From Marsupella aquatica (Eukaryota > Plantae > Marchantiophyta), in the NCBI GenBank assembly GCA_973895155.1, contig OZ316893.1, forward strand, positions 496,860 to 560,859: a DNA stretch of 64,000 bases. The letters run 5' to 3'. Of the stretch, positions 57,572 through 64,000 are shown piece by piece. The first letter of the stretch is position 1, and every line of letters starts with the position of its first letter. A program made the position numbers and the translations under genes. The notes under the pieces were generated by a model. The model saw only the letters and a list, made by a program, of their open reading frames with translations, made no database searches and was not told the DNA's origin.

Positions 57572-60500
57572 TGTGGTGCGTCCCATGGCTCCCTAAACCC
57601 CAGAAACCCCCCTTCACAAGCCGATTCCCGCGGGTTCCGCGCTTGGCGAGGCCGTTTCCGTGGCTTAGTGGCATGGGACGCTGCTAACCTCCTTCTACTA
57701 CTACTATTAACATTTTACACACATATACTGGACAGATCCTTCATCGGGTCATGAGATACGTAGCCGGCCTAATCTAGGCCTTCCCTTGTCTTCCCCTCCG
57801 TCTTGTTAGGTATATTTGGATTCCGCCGCCGGAATGATCCCCAATAGGCTTGGTTAAGCCGCTAAGACCTCTCTCAGCTCGACACATCCAACTCTCACTC
57901 CCTTGCTTACTTTCCTTCCTCTATTAGTTGATGTGGGCACTCTTCACACAAGTTAATGCGACACACAAATAGCAAAATGACTCCTTCTGACTGAGTCATA
58001 CCATGCACTTGCCATACAAACAGTACATCTCATACACAAGCTCTGCAAACTAAGCCGTGAGGCCAACTCTATTCAGCTCTTAGGCATGAGGAAACATGAA
58101 TATACACAAGGGTCACTGTATGACTAACCAAGAGCTTCTCTTACTACTTGATCCCAGCCCGGCTGGTGCAACTAAAAACTTGCTAAAGAAGAGGCCCTGA
58201 GCTCCCCGCTGCCCAGGTACTTATCCTGGTAGTGGATTTGCCTAACTCCTTGCAGCGTAAGCTTAATCTACCTAACTGAATCTACCTATGTACAGCGAGG
58301 CAGGAGTACAAGTGTTGCTCTTACTAGTGGAACCGTAATCCCACTAAGCTAAGTGTCAGGGCCGCCTCCTGGTCCTGATCCTAATCCTAAACTTAGAGAT
58401 CTGAGCCCGCCCTGCCCACTCACGCCTCCTCCCTCCACGTCCGCCCTCCTTGAAAGGAGCGGCCTCCACCACCGTCATGGCAGCGGTGTCTATTCCTCAG
58501 TGGACGCCCCCAACGCTTCCACCTCAGCCAGTGCCATAGGTTCGTTCTCTGATAGATTACCTGCCCTTGACTGAGTCAACTCTCCATCGGCCTGACTGGG
58601 TCCACCCCCGGCAACGGCATCGGCTTCAACATCAGCCTCAGCTACGGCCTCAGCCACGGCTACGGCCTCCCCTGCACACTCAAGTGGCGGATTGGGTACC
58701 TCGGCTTTGTCATCCCCTTCTTCTAGGGTAGTTGGATCCTCCGCCGTAACCCTGCCTGAGGTCGGTGTTGGGTTTACCTCCTTGGTCACCACGGCTTGTG
58801 GAGCCGTATTACTCCTTGACCCTGAAGGTGTCCGCTTCTTCTTCTTTTCTGGTTCGGCAGCTGGCCCCTTCCCCTTCCCACTTACTTCCAGCACTAGTGC
58901 AAATGGCGCGGCTTGTCCTTTGGCCAGTACCACTCCTGGTAACTTAGTGGCCTCAATTTGAGTTGGCCCTGATGAAGCCAAGCACTTAAATACTGCGGCT
59001 TGTTTCTTCAGCCGCTCCGTTTGGTTGTCGGCTCGTCGTTGTAAGTTCTCTAGCTTCCGCGTGCTTTCCTCCAACTCTTCCTGCACGTCGTCCAGGTCCT
59101 TGCGCGTCTCCTCCAGCTCCTTTTGGGCTTCCTCCAATTCCTGTTTAAACGCAGCTCTCTCCTCCCGGGTCGCTCTTAACTCCTTGTCGAGCTCTGCAAT
59201 GATGACAGACTCCATCTGGTTCATCTTGGCGTAAGTCTGATCGAGCATATTGTCCTTCTCATGCAGGTCGGCCTTGAAGCTGGCCGTCAAGGACGCAAGC
59301 TCCTGCTGCAGCGCAATAATCCCTTGATAGGATTTCCCCAACTCGGCCTCCTTCTTCTCAAGGGTTCCGCGGATAACCTCGAGCTCCCCCTTCAATGCCC
59401 TTTCCCTTCTCTGGGTCTCCGCCCTGGCCCGGTTGTTGGCTGTTATGTGGGCCTCCTCTGCATCCCTCAGCTCTCGCTTCCACTTCTCCCGCTCCTTGAT
59501 CGAAACGGCCAACTCTCCTTGGGTTCGAGTCAGTTTATTCTCCATAATCCGATTATCAGACTGTGCGGTATCCAATTGGCCCTGCATGATATTTAGCTCA
59601 TGTCGCTTAATCTGCAGCTCATCTGGGCTTTCTTGGCCGCCCTCAGGTCTTTGATTTCGGCTTCCCTTGCCCTGAGCCGACAGATGACCTCGTCCTTCTT
59701 GGTTCTTTCCAAAGCCACCGCTTCTTCTAATTGGCGCTTCTCCAACATCTCCCTCTGAAAAAAGGGTCCTTGCTCCAACTCTTCCCCAAAGATGCTGAGC
59801 GCCAGCTCTCCACACATTTCCCCATACTCCATGGCTCTATTTTTAGCATAGGTGGAGGAAGTAAAAGTCATCAGCATCATCCACCGCGGCCTGTGCTCCC
59901 AAGCCGCCTTGCGGATCTCTTCTATTGTGGCTGGAGGGATGCTTCGTTTTTTTGCAAGCCGCCTGATGTCCTCTGGCCATTCTTCTCCTGGTAAATCCTT
60001 TTCCCTAGCCAGGGCTGCCTCCTCTTCCTCCCTGATTTGCTCCTGAAATTCCTGCGCCGTTTGTTTTATGCCGTCAAAGCTCGGGGGAGCGACATCTGGT
60101 GGGGGAGACTCGGGGCTGCTCTGCTGGCTCGGGTCTCCTCGAACTACTCTTGGGAGCGTGGGGATGAACCGGCCACAGGTCCTTACTCCTGGAACATGAT
60201 GATCTGACCCGTAGACGGAGTCATCATTATTGTAGTCCTCTACCGCCTCCTCCTCGGCTTGGACTACCGGCTTCTCCAGCTGTTCTCCTGGTTTTGTTGT
60301 GAACACGGCTTCACCTCTCATCGGTCTTGGTTCCTCCTCCGGCTTCCGTGTTGATCTCTTGTTCTCCTTGTCGTGGCCGGGAGCTACGGCCTGCTTCTCC
60401 TCGGCTTCGGGACTTGAGGCTCCGACATACATCCGGACTCCCGGCTCGTGTTCCGGCCTCCTTCTCTCCTTGACCCCAGTAAAGGGGTTTTCCCTTGTAA

Positions 60501-62275
60501 GCCGGCTTAGGCCCACCTCTGGAGCAGTGTCCTGCATTGGTGTCGTTGCCGTTGCCGTTCTCTTTTCCTTCTCCAGTAATTTCAGCAGATTTTGCATGCC
60601 TGGTTGCTGCATCGGCAAGTCCTCTGTCCTTGGCCTAAACACCTGCTCGATTGTAGGACTGTCGGGCGGGTTGGGTTTCTCCGTTGCCGGCCTCTGCTCT
60701 GGGACCTCCTCCGGTGCTCTTGCCGATAGAGGAAGTACTGGGGCAAAGATTTGACTTCTGGCATACAGACACAACAGCGGCATGTGATAGCCAAGCCGGG
60801 ACACGCTTCCCATGCCGATTACCTGCTGTTCCTCCTTCAAGATCTTCTTCAGTTGGTTGAGGAGGTACCCGTTGTAATCCCGGCTTGGGTCTGGCCTTTC
60901 TGCCAGGTAGACCTGAGCCTTGTCGATCTCTGCCCTCGGCAAGTTATAGTGCATGGTTACCCGCAAGAAATCGATCATCTCTCCGATGTGCGGGTTGGTG
61001 CAGGTGTTCCGGAAGAAGCCATTCTTTGTTGATGGTCCTGGGAACGACCGAAACTCCTTGTCAGGTAAGGTCTTCCTGGTATCAACCTTGGTCTTATTAC
61101 CCATCGGCAAGCCAAACACTTCAGCAATCACCCAGGGAGTGAGATAGAATTCCTTCCCATACACCCTTGTGGAATTGGTCTCGAACTCCCATGATCCCAC
61201 GAATTCTAACAAGTCTGAGTCCGGCACCTCCGGCTTCAGCCATGGTAATCTTACGAAGGCTTCCAAGCCGGATCCGGCCATGAAGCCTTGGTACTTCTTG
61301 GTCTGCATAGCTGTAAAGCATGCATCCTCCTCCCGTGCAAAGTGTAATTGCACTTCCTCCGGTAGGGTCGCCGCCCAGCCTTTCCAGGTGTCATCGTTTG
61401 TTGGAATGGCATTGATGGGGTCGACCTCCTCCTCCTCGGCTTCTCTCTGCCTCCTGCTCTGTTGTCCTGCTGGCTTCTTTGGTGCCGCCGACCTCATTCT
61501 TTTTGCCGGGGTGGCCTCTTCGTTGTTGTTCCCCTTCCTCTTCATCTCTGCTCCCGTGGATGTCTCTCCTAGCACGGTTGCCTTTGTCCACCCCTCCGTG
61601 CTACCCTTCAACTCCCAGTGTATGTTGTTGCAGCGTTTGATGGCTTCTCGGATGCCGACGACTCTATCTTCGCAAAATAGCAGGTCGTCTAGCTCGTTGC
61701 CAGTAGGCGTCCATAGGAATTCAGCCTTGATGAGTTCTCCTCCTAAGAAAGTAGCTTTCTGCAGCTCCCACAATCGGGCGAGCTCCTGCCATTCTCGAGC
61801 TGCTCTCTCCGATTCTTCGTCCTCATAAGTCCCAATGTACTCAGTTGCCCGTTCGAACAGGCATCCCCAAAAATGTGCCGCTTGATTGACGTTGCTCATA
61901 CCCTTCTCGAGTTGATAGTCGGTATCTATTCCCACCCTGAGCGCTTGCCTAAGCAGTTGACAGTAGTTGGCCGCCCGTAGTCGCCTGCCTAGTGCGTGCT
62001 TGCAAATGAGCCACTACTCCTCGCGAGCGGTCCTTACCCCTCTCCTCCTAAGGTTCTCCCTCCCGTTGGTTACCCCTAGCCACTGGCACTTAGTGTGCCC
62101 TAACCCTAATCGTATTCTCTCCCCTGGCATCGTTACTTCCTGCCTCGGCTCGGGTTCCATAGTCACCCTTAATTGTTTATATTTTCCTTATTTATGTAAC
62201 TATACTAAGGTGTTTCTAGGGTACACTTCCCTTTTCCCCTTAAACTAGCCCAGTGATTCCTGGCTAGGCATCACA
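57572..62275 (-). repeat. Family-3 5' LTR, copy B (4704 bp)
   Basis: Minus-strand termini TGTGATG...CACCACA; homologous to the copy A LTR. Confidence 0.85.
58490..61899 (-). pseudogene. LTR-encoded protein, family 3 copy B (~1135 aa with a single frameshift near 59620)
   Basis: ORFs 59593-61935 and 58490-59815 join at AAKKAQ/DELQIKRH by comparison with copies A and C. Confidence 0.85.
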
Positions 62276-62357
62276 CCGTTGAAGCTCGCATGTTATTAGT
62301 GTCCACCGATCATAGTCCTTTGGTAGTCACTACATCAACCTTTTGGACTCACTAGAT

Positions 62358-62540
62358 CGATAAAGGTGCTGACCTTGTCAATAAAGGTGCGGACCTTGTC
62401 GATAAAGGTGCGGACATTGTCAATCTGGTTGCGCACTTTAAGGCAAGGTGCAAACATTGTCGAGCTAGGTGCGGACCTTACGGCAAGGTGCGGACGTTGT
62501 CAAGCTGTGTGTGGACATTGTCGAGCTGGGTGCGACCACA
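62358..62540. repeat. Degenerate ~21-bp minisatellite
   Basis: GATAAAGGTGCGGACCTTGTC-like units, about 8 progressively diverging copies. Confidence 0.6.
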
Positions 62541-64000
62541 TGGAGAGGAAGGAACCAATGTCATTGGACGAGATGCTTGCCTTCTTCAGTCCTTCCCGAG
62601 TTTGACCGATGGAGAGCCACTTCAGCTCCTTCGAATCAGTTCGTGTCGACACTGAGACCAAGACATCGACATTTTGGAACCATAATTCTCTTCCTTATGA
62701 TGAGGCAATTAGTTTTGGGGAGAGAAATATTCCGTGGACTGGAGACCGACAGACTCCACACAAATTTGCGGATCAGTTCTCATTTCATGAAGTTGTTCCT
62801 GCTGATGGTCAGCAGCCCATTGAACGTCGTGTGCAAGAGTGATTGGGGCGCATCGACTTCCTTGATGCAAATTTTCCGGGCCCCGGCCAAGCTCATGCTG
62901 AGCGTCGAGTTCCCTCTACGAATTATATTCGGCTCAGGGGTTTAGGATTCAAGAGAAACTACAAGCGGGCGAGGGCGGGAGTCGATGATGACTGTGAATC
63001 ACAGAGCTAAAGGTGTTCCAATCGCAGGTGCTTAGGATATTTGGGAGTGCATCCATATGCCGATTAGGTTTCTAGGCAGTGATATTTAAGCTAGCGCCGA
63101 GCGCTGCTAAAGCTGGATGCTTTCCATCTCCATTTTTCAGTACTCAATGTTTTGTTAGGATTGGTAATCTGGGTAATATGTGTTCGCCCATTTTGATAAG
63201 GAATGCTTTTTGGATCGACCCAATTCCCTCTCCATGGCGTTACACATGGAAGGGCGGGATTTGTTGTTTTGAGCTAGCGTCGGGAGCTACTTATACTCAT
63301 TGCTTTTTGTTGCCCATGTAATCTCGGTGATATGTTTTCGCCCATTTTTGAAGTAAATGAATTTTGGATCGGCTCAATCTCCAATGTCTGGTTTTCCTCT
63401 CGATGCCGTTAAACATGGATTTTGGGAATTTGAGGTTTAAGCTAGCAACGAGATCCGGATTTTGTTGTTGTATGACCCTGCCTCTGTTGATTTGAATTGC
63501 CTCATTTTAAGCCGCTCATTGTCTTCTCGATTGAGGTTATGTAGATTTTAGTTGACTTTTCCCTTCTTCTATGAAACCCTACAACCTTTCCATTCGGTTC
63601 ATTGAGACCAGCGCTGGGCGCTGGTAATCATCGTAAATTTCGGTCGGACTACCTGATGGGATATTTTCTCCGGAATGAGACGGTTTTAATGAAAGTGACT
63701 CAAATAGGCTTTAATTTTGATTGTTTGGAATCCTTTTTTTGGTCCGATGTTTTCGGTTTTTACCTCCAATTCTCCTAGTATCAAAAACTGTTTCCTGTTA
63801 CTATTTCCTGGTTCCTGTCTTTTGTAAATACCTTGACCCATTGCAGACTGGACCATTTCCGTTTCCACACCTTCGGAAGTGCCAAGTCCCAAGTGGTATG
63901 TCTACTTCATGTACAGCTGGTATTCGCCGAGGTGGAATATGAATTGGTTCCCCTGTACCAAGAGGAGATACAGCTTCTTCATGCAACGGCCTTGGAATTT

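Larger units (their letters stand above)
55366..62275 (-). mobile_element. Family-3 Gypsy element, copy B: 5' LTR, PBS, gag, truncated before protease
   Basis: Inverted, diverged homolog of 46374-53243. LTR 57572-62275, PBS 57551-57567, gag ORF 55283-57316. Confidence 0.9.

Noticed and set aside
46374-62275. One element with inverted LTRs (DIRS-like or foldback)
   Set aside because: The arms are diverged copies each with its own PBS and gag, there is no shared TSD or tyrosine recombinase, and there is a deletion-type junction.
62540-64000. Short ORFs and weak repeats at the right end
   Set aside because: Interrupted by stops, with no recognisable homology.

Overview
Transposon-dense plant nuclear DNA (TTTAGGG motifs, GT-AG introns, plant-type TE proteins); I cannot tell the species. 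From left to right: (1) the right ~9.3 kb of a CACTA/En-Spm DNA transposon, with an apparently intact spliced Tnp2/TnpD transposase, a multi-exon TnpA-like gene, a BRCT exon upstream and a TAGTG end at 9285; (2) a HemK2/N6AMT1 eRF1 methyltransferase gene with an in-frame TAG near its N-terminus, then a second CACTA-type end at 14855; (3) a mosaic of G-rich satellite and duplicated blocks (16.0-22.7 kb); (4) a deeply nested cluster of one deleted LINE and three different Ty3/Gypsy LTR families (22.9-62.3 kb). Main finding: in all three families the LTR itself is 4.0-4.7 kb long and contains one large ORF with a C-terminal coiled coil. In two families the protein also has a plant-mobile-domain-like core. 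The evidence is a TG..CA solo LTR flanked by a 5-bp TSD (30698-34694), a 3' LTR bounded by the PPT (35125-39523), and 5' LTRs ending just before the PBS (46374-51029, 57572-62275). All domain calls come from recognising motifs by eye; no searches were run.
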